Assembly: GCA_012295275.1 (NCBI GenBank)
Contig: CM022665.1
Coordinates: 41,416,001-41,480,000, forward strand
Source of the DNA: Chrysomallon squamiferum
Lineage: Eukaryota; Animalia; Mollusca
Reading direction: 5' to 3'
DNA length: 64,000 bases
A model generated the notes under the pieces. It ran no database searches. It was not told where the DNA came from and saw only the letters and a program-made list of their open reading frames with translations. This document shows, piece by piece, positions 40,648 to 52,825 of this stretch (its first letter is position 1; each line of letters begins with the position of its first letter). The position numbers and the translations under genes were made by a program.

Positions 40648-41971
40648 TTTTTATATATTTTATTTCCTATCACTTTTCCAAATCGGTTAACATGACTTCG
40701 TTGTAATAGTGCTTTTTTTAATTGCATTATTTGTTATTCTAGTATTGATATTTCTGTAAGATTTCAGCTTTGCTACCTTTTTTTCTTTCTTTTTCAAATA
40801 CAAAAAGAAATTTCAAAATCTAAATAAATATATATTTTAAAATCTATAAAAAAAAATAATATTAATATCTGTTTTTAAGATTATTTTAATTTTAACATTT
40901 GCAGTGGTTTGTTTATATGGGAGGATATATGTGCATTTTAATGTGACACATGCATAATGCATGAAAAAGAATGTGAAATACTGTGGTTTACAAAGAAAAA
41001 AAAAAGGTGAAAAAAGTTTAAGATTATATGCACATTTGAATTAATGTAATTTTGGAACAAAAAGTTAAATTACAGTTATTGATAATAGTGCATTTTAAAA
41101 AAAAAAAAAAAAATCCAAGTAGTAAAATAACAAGTTCATTTTTTGTGTACTTTTTAAAAAAAAATCATTCCTCCCATCTGTTTATTAGGGTAATTCAGTC
41201 ACGAACATTCTTTTAGACTAATACGACAGACATAGCAACATGCACAAATTAGATTGTGAATGTCTGAGATAAGTTTGGGTTTTTTTTTTCCTGTTTGCAA
41301 ATTGTTTTGACTGATTCACAAAGAAGTCATTCAGTTTAACATGTACGTGAATCAGTCATTATCAAGTTGAACATAGAAGGTAAACATAAACTTTGCTGAT
41401 AAATGTAGTTTACTGGAAGTTAAATACATATGAATGTTTATTAACTGTAATCATTGAAAGTGAAATTATGAGCCAGTTACAACTGAGAAATGTGAAAATG
41501 TGTTTATATGTATGTGTGTTTGTGTTTGTGTTTCTGTGTGTGTGTATGTGTGTGTGTGTTCATGAGTGTGTAATATTTGTGTGTGTGTCTGCATGTGCAG
41601 GTCTTATTATGCTCAGGATTTGTCTCCATCTCACAAATAAGCTTTTAACAAAAACATTTTTCATTTTTTTTTTTAAAACATATTTAACACTAAAAATATT
41701 ACAGAAATCAGGATAGCCGTGTACAAGTGTTTTCCATGCGAGGAAATCTTGATTACACCCAAAGATAATTAGTAAACGCTTAACGATCGGACATCTGTTG
41801 GTTGGAGTTTGTGAACATATAATTTCCTATTGTTGTTCAACTTGAGTTCATTGCCCAGAGTACCTCGTTCCTTCACGAAAGTCCAAATTACTTATTGACT
41901 AGTCAGGGTTTAAGTATCTGCTGTTTTACATGCCTTTGAAAGTCATCTGACTCAATTTTACAGATTGCCTG

Positions 41972-42005
<34 letters not shown>

Positions 42006-42199
42006 CAGTTTGATATACCAATCTATACCACATATGTTCAGTTCTGAAGTAGAATCATTAAATTTACACTGAGGGTGTCTGTGGATGTGTGAAGTGTCAT
42101 TTTACACCAGCATCTGTTTGAAGTTTAGAAAAATATCCAGATTATTAGTAAACAGATTATGAACTGGAACTTATAATATTGTAAATTATTATTATTGTT

Positions 42200-42807
42200 G
42201 ATCTTTGATAGTGATGGTCATGGTAATTGTGCCGTTGTTGTTGTTTTGTTGATATTGGTGGTAGTGGTAGTGGTAGTGTTTTTTATTGTTAGCTATTGTG
42301 ATGGTGCAGCACTGATGGACATAGTTGTGGTGTTTGTGATGGTGATGCTTCTGTTGTTGTTGTTTGTATTGTTGGTAGTTAATGTGATGTTGTTGTTGTT
42401 GCTGCTTTGGTTCCAACTGCTGCTTTGATAATTACTAAGATTACATACTTGGTATACAAAGAGTTAATTGATTCTACTGGTCAATTATTGTTATGCAAAA
42501 AAAAAAAAAAAGACAAAATAGAAAAATTATATTAAAAATAATAATAAATAAAAAATTAAAACAGAGTGTGTGAAAAGTAATTTGATTGTTTATATGCACT
42601 ATGGCACACATACTAGCACAAAACAAACAAACATTTTTTTTGTTTAAATTTACATTTACAAATAATAATAAGAGGAGGAGTAGTTGAGAAGGTAGTTGTG
42701 GTTGTAGTTGCAGTAACAGTAGTAACAGTATAGTAGTAGTATTAACAGTATTAGTAGCATTAGTAGTAGGAAGAAGAAGAGGAGTAGCAGGATTAGCAGT
42801 AGTACAG

Positions 42808-42842
<35 letters not shown>

Positions 42843-42850
42843 TGTTGTTG
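42200..42850. repeat. Degenerate (GTT/GTG)n and (GTA)n trinucleotide tracts
   Basis: Read directly from the sequence; they generate the poly-V and poly-Q/H pseudo-ORFs in the track. Confidence 0.85.
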
Positions 42851-43009
42851 TTAAGAACTAGACGATGTTTATAGATTTTTTTATTCACACAGTAGATTCT
42901 CTTTAATATGGAGTTAAATAAAACAAATTTTTTTTAGTATAATAATTTGTTTGCATTGTCACAGATATTAATAAACAGTTACACTGACTGTTAATACTTA
43001 ACATGAAGA

Positions 43010-43390
43010 ATTCTTAATACTTCATTTTATTAGTTATGTGATTAAAGATATTTGGACAGTTATTAATAAATATAAACTTGACAAACATTTTTTTCAGTTT
43101 CACAGATGTTTTATACTTCATTTTATTAATTTCATAATTAAAGATATTTGGACTACTATTAAAAAATATTGACTTGACAAACATTTTTTAATTACACAGA
43201 TGTTTTATACTTCATGTCACTAATTAAATAATTAAAAATATCTGGACTATTATTAATAAATATAAATGTGACAAACATTTCTCATTTACACAGATATTTC
43301 ATGCTTCATCTTATTAATTACATAATTAAAGATATTTGGACATTTATTAATAAGCATAAATTTGACAAATGTCTGTCAGTTACACACATA
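43010..43390. repeat. Tandem array, ~94-bp unit, about 4 copies
   Basis: CACAGATGTTTTATACTTCAT...ATAATTAAAGATATTTGGAC...TATTAATAAATATAAACTTGACAAACATTT, with unit starts at about 43101, 43195 and 43289. Confidence 0.85.
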
Positions 43391-45224
43391 AATTTTACAA
43401 GTAGCTAATTACACTCAGCTGTATTGTTAATTATTATTATTAAACATCAAACTATAATGAACACGGTCCAGTTTATGTTTGAGGTCACACACTGTGACAT
43501 GCCAGAGATCATTTCCTCCACTCCATTACTCTTCATGTTCATTTTATTGTGAGTCATTCACAATTCGGACAGAAAGAGACATTTTTGGCCGCATGAAGCA
43601 AATGTAGCCATTCTAGCACATCCAGCATAGGCCTTGTTGTAAGTGCTTGTATATTAACCCGAATTGACACGAAAACAGATTAATAGCTGGAAGCCCATAA
43701 TCTCTGTTCCCAGATTAAAGTGTCTTTGCTGATTTGCAGCTGTGCTCATTATTCACCTCAAATTCCCCTGCTATCCTCTTCATCAACACCCAAACAAACT
43801 GAACTTGGCTTGAAAAAAACTATGTGGATGTTAGGATTTTTATTTTTTGTTTTAGTGTACCAGTATGTGTGGAGATAGGTTGTCCTTTCTTTTTTTTTCT
43901 TTTTTTAAATCTGAGGTGATGAATAGAATTTATAATAATGATAAATGTAGTGATATGTCAATGAATAATTTATTTAAAAAAAAAAAAAAATTGTTTTCCC
44001 AAAATATGAAATAACGAACTAATTTTGTAAAAAAATCCATGGATGTGAAATTTAAGGGTTTGCATTTTTGTTATAATGTTTATTTGTTTGTATTGTTGTT
44101 GTTGTTGTTGTTATTTTTTATTTTTTATTTTTTTGATATGCTAAACCTTGTGGATACTGCTTTTAGGCATGAGATAATGAACCAAACTTTTATACATTAC
44201 ATGAAATTTTATTATGTATTTTACTTTATTACATTATTTATTTATTATTTACTTTTCTTCAGTAAGTTGTTTTAATAATCAGCTCAAGTGTTCAATATAT
44301 CATTACCGTAGGAAGTTTTAATCAGTGGATTTTGCAAGTGGATTTTTTTCCAGAGGTCCTATTAATTTTCATATCTGGTCAAAATTGTGACTGAAAACTT
44401 GAAGTGGTGTTAAGTTGTTTGCAGAGCTACTTTACTTACTTTTCAATCTATTCTGACAGTCACATCCAAAAACATTCGACGAGTTGTTTACATTAACTTA
44501 AAATACGAAGCATCCAAACGGATATCTATTTAATGTCAGCTCAAGTTATTTTTATTATTAAACGCTGTTATGTGCCATGCAAACCCGCGATTTGTTTTTA
44601 GAATGAAGCTTTGAGAAGAAGTCCTCGACAGTGTCTCTGCTTGTCATATCTCGTTAATAAGAAGCAAAGGAAACCTAAATCTCAGTGTCTTCTTGTACTT
44701 TTCTCAAGTTGACTACAAGAGATGTTTGATATCTATCTATCTCTATCTGTTTGTCTCTCTGTCTGTCTGTCTGTCTGTCTATCTGTATCTATCTATCTGT
44801 ATCTATCTATCTAGCTAGCTATCATACATATATATATATATATATATATACTATCTGTCAGTCTAAGACTGATGGTTTAACCATTGTACTGCAGTGACTA
44901 GTTTATCTCAGTCATCACAAAGGAAAGAAAGTACTATGGTTTGTGATAAGACTTGGCAGGAACTGAACAAAAGCAGTACTTCTTAAACTATTTTAGCATC
45001 ATTCACTGTTTTGATTATTTTCATCTTCCCATCCCTTGAGTTTCATTCACCTCAAAATTTGATGAACCATTCACCAACTTGAGAAAACTCTGAACTGAAG
45101 TGTCTCCATCTTTAAAGAAAAAAAAAAAAAAAAAAGAATTTATTTATTTATTTATTTATTTATTTACATTGTACATTCTTTAAATTATAAGATTTTCCAG
45201 TTTCTTTGTTTCTATTTTGTTAAA

Positions 45225-45710
45225 TTCGACGTGCGAGCGTTAACGGATTTTTGAAGTTTTCTAGTGTTTACCGAAAAACATCGCCACTTTAAATAAAATT
45301 GGCATCAGTCGGGGATGATGTACACCACCCGAAGCAGCCACAACGTTAACAAAGCACCTCATATATAAAACACAGAGTGTCTTTCTGCCACCCTCGGCCC
45401 TGCAGTGGCAGTCGTTGTTTGGGCTCCCTGTCAGTCTGAATTATTTCAATTATACATCCAGCAGAGCATTCAAGTTTCTTGGTTTCTCCTTATTAGCCTG
45501 TGATTATTTTTAAGAGTTATGGAGGAAATAGACCTGTCCTGCTACGGGCATTATGAATGACAGAAAGGATTTCTAATAAGTCTGTACACTGGCTGTTAAC
45601 AAAACACGAACGCGGCAAATGGCTTCCACCTCGTTTTTACTTTTCTTTCCTTGTTATGTGTTTGCCTGTACATATAACGTAAAAACCAAGAGAAAAAAAA
45701 AAAGAGGTCG
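45225..45710. promoter_or_regulatory. CpG-enriched candidate promoter/enhancer with a TATA box (45362-45370)
   Basis: I counted 19 CpG in about 490 bp, versus 6 in the first 1 kb of the window. Contains TATATAAAA. Confidence 0.4.
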
Positions 45711-45922
45711 AATGCTTATCAATCTTTTTTTTTAATTTTTTTTTTATCTTTTTTTTTGGTATTTTGGTTCTGTTCTTTTTCTTCTTTTTTTTTTTTCTGC
45801 CATAAGTCTGGATTTTTTTTGTATCTATCTTTGTTGTTAATTTATTTTTTTTTTTTCTCTCTCTCTTTCTTGCTTTCTTGCTGTACTTCCATCCTTCTTT
45901 CCCCTTACCACTTCTATTTTTC

Positions 45923-45960
<38 letters not shown>

Positions 45961-47682
45961 ACCTATATATATGTCTGTATCTATCTTTCTATCTTTCTAT
46001 ACCTGTCTGTCTTTCTGTATTACTATTTTTCTTGAGAAACAGAAAAACCCGAATTGCGCGTACATATATCTGTAAGTTATGTTGTCACACTGAAGTATAT
46101 CTTTACAAACACATTTTTTCAGTCAGGTGTTCTCAAGTGCCATTGACATGATTGGATCAAACTCGGAGCTTATCCAGTCCTCTTGTGTGCATCAAAACAC
46201 GTCCCAGTCCTCACCCTAAACAGAAACACTTCACCTCTGCTGCTGTATTCGAAACACAATTGTATTAACTGTACATACCTCTTCACTTGAAAAGAATCCA
46301 GTTTTAATTCCACCATCATCTTGACAACACTCAGCAGACACTGCTCAGTCAGTCCGAATGTATCAGACAGACAGCCGTACGGACAGATTTAGATTATTTA
46401 TTTTTTTGGTTGATGAGAGTGTTTTTGAAATTTCAGACATTACTATAGGTAATTAATATATATATATTAATTACACATACATACATACACACATACACAC
46501 ACACACACACACACACATACATAAACACACATGAAATTAGCATTGTCTTATTAAAATGAGGTATATACTTTAAAAGTAATTAAATATATATATATTTTAT
46601 TTTTCATATTTGTTTAGTCTAATAAGAATTATTTTGGTATTTTCGGGTTAGATTTTTTTTTTTTTTTGTTCTTCTTCTGATCTTTCTTTTTATTTCTTTT
46701 TCTTTAATTGTTTTTGTTTTTGTTCTTTTCATCAAGTGAAAAAGGGTTTTATTTTGAAATGCTGTGGATTAGTAAATCTAATTTAGTAAGTCGCTGAATG
46801 TAGGGCATCCTTTTGAGATGAAATAAAGCGGGTTTAGAACAGGGATTATGTTTTGTTATTTTTAAAATGCTAAATGTTTTCTGTTGATGGAGTAGTCTGG
46901 TTTTAAAATAAGAATACGTAAGTAGAAAAAACCAGACACAAACAATATATATATATTTTTTTTTCTTCTCTCAGAGAGATAATAGTGCTAAATAATTAAA
47001 GATTTGGAGTAGAAAAATATAATAATGTCTATGTTTAACACAGAATTTGTGAATTTTGTTTTATTTTATTTTATTTTATTTTGTTTGTTTGTTTGTTTAC
47101 TTTTATTATTATTATTATTATTTTATCTATTTATTTTGTTTTGTTTATCTTCTTTATTTCTTTATTATTTTACTTTATTTTACTTGATATTATTATTTTT
47201 ATTTGATTTTATTATTTTTATCTATTTTTTATTTTTTATTCATTTTTAAAACTATTTTTGATTTATATTCTTTTATTTCATCTTATAATGATGGTAATGA
47301 TTGTAGATATGGTGATATTGTTATTTTTGTTAAATATTTATTTATTTTTTTGATCTTTGATTTGCTTTGTGTGTGTTTTTGTTTGTTTAATATTCATGCA
47401 CACATATGCACATACATACATACATACATACATACATACATACATACATACATACACACACATTTACACACAGACACATACACATACGATTTAGTATTAT
47501 ATAAAGAAACAGTAGTTTGAGAATGATAAGCTGGAAAAAGCTATGTACTGTCACAGACAACAGCAGTTAATCATGGGGGGGAAAAAAACTGCTTTTTTGT
47601 AAAAATGAATCATTGAGCTTTGGGTATTTTGTTACAGACAGAGGGAGAAGACAGTGAAAGGGGAAAATTTAGTAAATAAAAT

Positions 47683-47734
<52 letters not shown>

Positions 47735-48838
47735 AAAAAAGTGATTCAAAGTGAATAAAGGTCAGCAGAAAATGTCAGAGGATTGCAAAAAGACCCAGTG
47801 GACTGCTGAACAGTTAGCGTTGGTAACATAAAAATAATGAAGTGCCAATTTAATTTTTATTTATTGGGGATCAGCAGTCTGCCTTGTAATTGCCCTACAT
47901 ACATAAACACAGTGAAATGACACTTTTAATGTTTTTATTGACCATCTTGTGGGACGTTTAAGAATGTGACAAATCTCACTGAAGTCGTAATCAGGTTCCA
48001 AGGGTGCAGTATAACAACACGAGGACCAGAGTGAAATATGAAGTTTAATTAATTTAGACCCTCTAATGAACATACGGAACACAATAATTGTTAATTAAAT
48101 CAATTCAAAGAAGGAAGTTGTTCAGAAAGAAATGTCGGATGTGTCTTAAGAGTAAATGTTAATGCAAATTAGGTTCTTTTCGGTTGGCTTGCTTTTATTC
48201 CAGAATTTATACACGTTTGGTTATTTATTTATCATACTTGTGATTTTTATTTTCTGTTGATTTTGTGTAAGGTGGTTAAACTTTGAAACATTCAACAATA
48301 TTATTAAATTTATGTATGTTCTGCTTTTGTTTTGTTTGCTTGTTTATTTTATTTATTTATTTATCTATCTACCTATGCATCTAACTATCTATCTCTCTCT
48401 CTATCTATATATCTGTCTATTTATTTATTTACTTTAATTTGTTAAGGGAAGGGATTGTTTTTTAAATATATTTCTTTTACACTGAATATGATTTGTACAT
48501 AAATTCCATAAACAGAAGAATTTCTTTTGTTCCTTTGGCCCATCAGTTTGATTTTTTTATAATTTTTAAGCTGTTTATTTTAAATATCGATTATTTTAAC
48601 TTTAATTATTTTAACTGATTTTATTTTCTTTTATTAATTATGATTAAAACGATTTAAAAAGAGAAAATTCTCTTTTAGTACCTCATGTTTCAATGTCGCG
48701 TTAAAATCTGTGTTTTACAGCACAGTAGGTTTTCAACAATTTAATTTATTTACAATGATTTTTTTTTTTTTCCTACGTATAATTATGGTAATGATGTTGT
48801 CACTGAAGTGCAGATTATCACCACTTAGATGCATCAAG

Positions 48839-48857
48839 TAGTCACCAGGTGGCGCTG
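48839..48857 (+). promoter_or_regulatory. CTCF-like binding motif
   Basis: TAGTCACCAGGTGGCGCTG versus the canonical TGGCCACCAG(G/A)(G/T)GGCGCTA. Confidence 0.55.
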
Positions 48858-49244
48858 ATTGCTGCTTGTACCACTGTCAATCATGGCATTACAAATGTTC
48901 AAATTACAAAGGTCACCCATCGGTTAAACAACATGTCCTTGTAATTTGTAGTTTGAACTTAATGAATGATCCATTCACAGCAGCCACAAACTTTGCTGTA
49001 ATTACTGGTTTGAAAATGTATATACATATCATTATTTCAAAAAAATATATATATATTAAAAAGAAATAATAATTTGATGCTAAATTATGCCTGTTTTTTT
49101 TTTTTTATTGCAGATTTTGGGGGGTTTATATAAGTGATTTATTATTATTATTATTTTTTAAATTAATTAATTAATTAATTACTCTGTGATTATAATATCA
49201 CAGTAGTCTGTAGTATGTAACATCATAGTTTAGATCATATTATA

Positions 49245-49495
49245 CACTGCACCAAACTAAACTGGACTAAATCAAGCCCTACTACATCAAACCACACTCT
49301 ACCAAACTCTATGATATTGCACCATGCCAAACGACACCATACATACCATATTGCATGATATACTGCAAAATACCATACTGTACCTTACACATCTTACCAC
49401 ACCAAACAGTGCCATACTAAAGCACACAGTGTCACACCATACAACACCACACAGTACAATAAAATACAGCATTTTATGACACCAACCATTGTACT
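49245..49495. repeat. Degenerate pentanucleotide-periodic tract, (ACCAT/ACTAA/ACCAC)n-like
   Basis: 5-nt periodicity, e.g. ACTGC ACCAA ACTAA ACTGG ACTAA ... ACCAT ACTGT ACCTT. Confidence 0.7.
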
Positions 49496-50679
49496 ATTTT
49501 ACTTAAAAATTGATTCTTCCAAAGATTTGTAGGATCCAACCCAAGGACTTACTACTCTAACCCTGTGAAAGATGACAAACAGTTGTGAGAGTGATGACAC
49601 TTGTATGTCTATTTGTTTGTGTGAGAGTATTTGTGTGTTTGGATGTGTGACTGTTGGTGTCAGGGTATGTGTTTGTGTGTGTTTATGTGCATCTCTATGT
49701 GTCTAGCTATGTGTTTGCATGTGAGTTTAGGGTGTGCTTGTGTTAATATGTGCTTTTGTCTCTGTCTGTTTATGTTTCTGAATGTGTGTGTGAGAGTGTG
49801 TTTGTGTGTGTATATAAGGATGTTCTTGTATGTATGTATGGTCAATTTAACACACACATCTGTGAGGACAAGTCCTGTTTTTGAGCTGACTATAAATTAT
49901 TTCACTTTGTATAATTGTGATTGTGCAGTAGCCATCATTTACAGCTTGACAGCTATCAGCCAGGTCTTTGGGGACCATCAACTTTCTTCTGTAATTACAT
50001 GAAAAGCTTCTAAATGTGCAATCTGCTACTCCCCATACAAAATTAAGATGGATAGATACATCTGTTTTTGATCTGTATCATTTCAGGTCCTGTTTAATGG
50101 CCAGTTTCACTGTTTCTTTCCTAATGACTTTTATTTCTTTTCCCCTTGGTTTTATTTAATTTTTTTTTTTCTGGGGAGGGGTTGAGGGAGTTACTGATGT
50201 TGTAGTTGTTGTTGGTTGTTTGTTATTATTATTTTAATCACTGAATTTCTGAGGGTGGTGAATAAGGCAAATCACATCACAGGCTTTATTCTTTATGATA
50301 AATTAAAACATCTGTATTGACCTATTTTTTAACATGGTTTTAATAAATGTCAGTTTCAAAAGAGAAACTGTATAAATATATCAAACACAGAAAATATTTT
50401 CAGTACTGTGAACATAAAATTTATTAAACTCTTTTCAAACTGGCAGTTTAAATATATAGAAAGTATTCAATATCAGAAAGTAGTTTCAGTACCAACAAAA
50501 TATGAATATTAACAAAAATTATTAATAACCTCTGAGAAAGGTATCACCATCAGTCAGCAAATACTTGAACTCTGGTAGAAGTTAGCAGTACCCAGACTAT
50601 TAAATACTGGACCAGTGAAAGTGTCACACAACACACAAGAGATCTTCCTGTGACCAGCACACATCATAAGTCAGACATG

Positions 50680-51250
50680 ATTTTTACTGAAATGTTCAAG
50701 AGGTTGATGATCTGTTTTGTAAAAGTGTCTAGGATTATTACAAATCATTGCTGTTAAGACCACTGCTAAGTACCTGATCTGATCAGAATGCTGACCAAAT
50801 ATACAACACTGTAAGTCAAAGTCATGATTTCTACAGTGGTTACTGAAGTATTTAAAATTTTAATACATTTTTAGAAAATACCTGTGTCTCTGAGTATTGT
50901 AAAACATTGCTGTTAAGCACTTGATCTGATAAGAATTGCAACCAAACATACATTGTTTGTAAAAGTTATGATCCTACAGCAGTTACTGAAGATATTCAAG
51001 AAGTCAGTGTGTTTTAAAAAAACATGTCTGTGTGTATGTTTTATAAAAGTATCTGTGTCTTTGATTGTTATAAATTATTGAGTCAGGACCACTGCTATGC
51101 ACCTGACCCAACTTAGAGAATTCGTAGTAAAAATCACAATTTCTGCAGAAGGTATTCAGAATGTTCATGTATTTTTTAAAAGCTATCTGTGGCTCTGATT
51201 ATTACAAGCTGTTGAGGCCACTGTTAAGCACCTGATCTAATAAGAATTCA
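50680..51250. repeat. Degenerate tandem array, ~150-170-bp unit, about 4 copies
   Basis: Recurrent CCACTG(C/T)TAAG(C/T)ACCTGATCT(G/A)AT(C/A)AGAAT and TACTGAAG...ATTCAAG. Confidence 0.7.
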
Positions 51251-52471
51251 AAATTTATGTAAATGAAAATATAGATGTTTTAGTCATTGTCTTCTTGGAA
51301 GTTAGGTGTTCTCTAACTTAAAGTTGTTAAATAAACCAGATTAAGTGAAATTTTGTTAGCGTTGTCAACTCTTCTTTGGAATTATCTGGATTGTTTCACA
51401 ATAAGTTAATTCTAATGTTAACTAAGTCAGATGGTGTACTGTCGACTTGTTTTAGTTGTGTGATTGATTTTGCAAAGACCATCTGTGAGTCTGTTTTAAT
51501 TTCAAATATGTCCACTTTGTTATTATTATTATCACTGTTATTGTTGTTTTTGCTATTTTTTGTTTTGTTTTTTTCAATTTCTGTCCTAAAGATTCATCTA
51601 TTTTAGATATATTTGTTTTGTTTATTTTCTTTTTCTTATTTTTATTTATTTATTTATTAATTTTAATTTTGTTGTTATTAATTTTTTGTTTTATTTTATT
51701 TGATTTCTGTTTTTTCAATGCCAAAAAAAAACTCCCAAAATAATAATTATAATAATAAATAAATAAAAAAAAAGGAAATAAAAACATTTTCATTACTACA
51801 ACTTGTATCAGTGCAATAAGGTTGATAACCCATGTACCTAACAGCCTGTCTTGTTTTTTTGTTTTTATTGTGTGTTGCCATTAAATATTCATCTCTTCAC
51901 TCAGTACTTCATTCCACAGGTTTTCGTTTCATGGTTCAGCAGTGTCTTACTTTCTTTACTGATCACTTGTTTCTGGGACAAAATAACATATTAAATTATT
52001 CACTGCAGAGACAGGTAATGAATGTCATTTAAGAATAAAAGACAGAAAAGACAGACAGGAGATCCAGTGGGGAGAAAAGAAGAGAGAGAGAGAGCGAGAA
52101 AAAGCAAGAGAGAGAGAGAAAGAGATAGTGTGAGTGAGAGAGTATAACATATTAAATTCTTCACCTCTGAGTAATGCCATCCATCAAAAAAAAGTTTGAA
52201 GCATGATAGAAGTAGATGAAACCCAGGCATGGAACTGAACTAATATGTGATATAGCACGCCAGAGACTCTGTTAAAACTCAGAGGACTGCCACTTCTAAA
52301 GCTGTTACTGTAGTTAAGGAGAGTCAAAATTGTGACTGCTACAGTTGTCACCAGAGATACTAAAAATATTTTGAATTTGATGTACATTTAGTGGAAGCTA
52401 ATGTCTTCACAGTCTTTCTTTTCATTGTATGTTTTGGGTCTTTTTATAATAATAATAATAGTAGTAGTAGT

Positions 52472-52509
<38 letters not shown>

Positions 52510-52788
52510 AGTGATAATAATAATAATGATGATAAGAAGAAAAAAAAGAAGAAGAAGATGAAGAAGGATAAGAAGATTACCTTTCCAGAATATGCATTAC
52601 AAATATTACCAGATAAAAGGTCATTTTTGTTTCATAGGTTTCATTTTTCACATTCTTTGACTCAAATGTCACAGTGAAAGAAATAATAAGTAAGGTTTTA
52701 TTGCTTTTAATATGTGAAAACAAAAGGCAATGGCAATGATAACACTTATTATAACAGCTTTTCATGTAAGAAATAATGTAGTTATACT

Positions 52789-52825
<37 letters not shown>

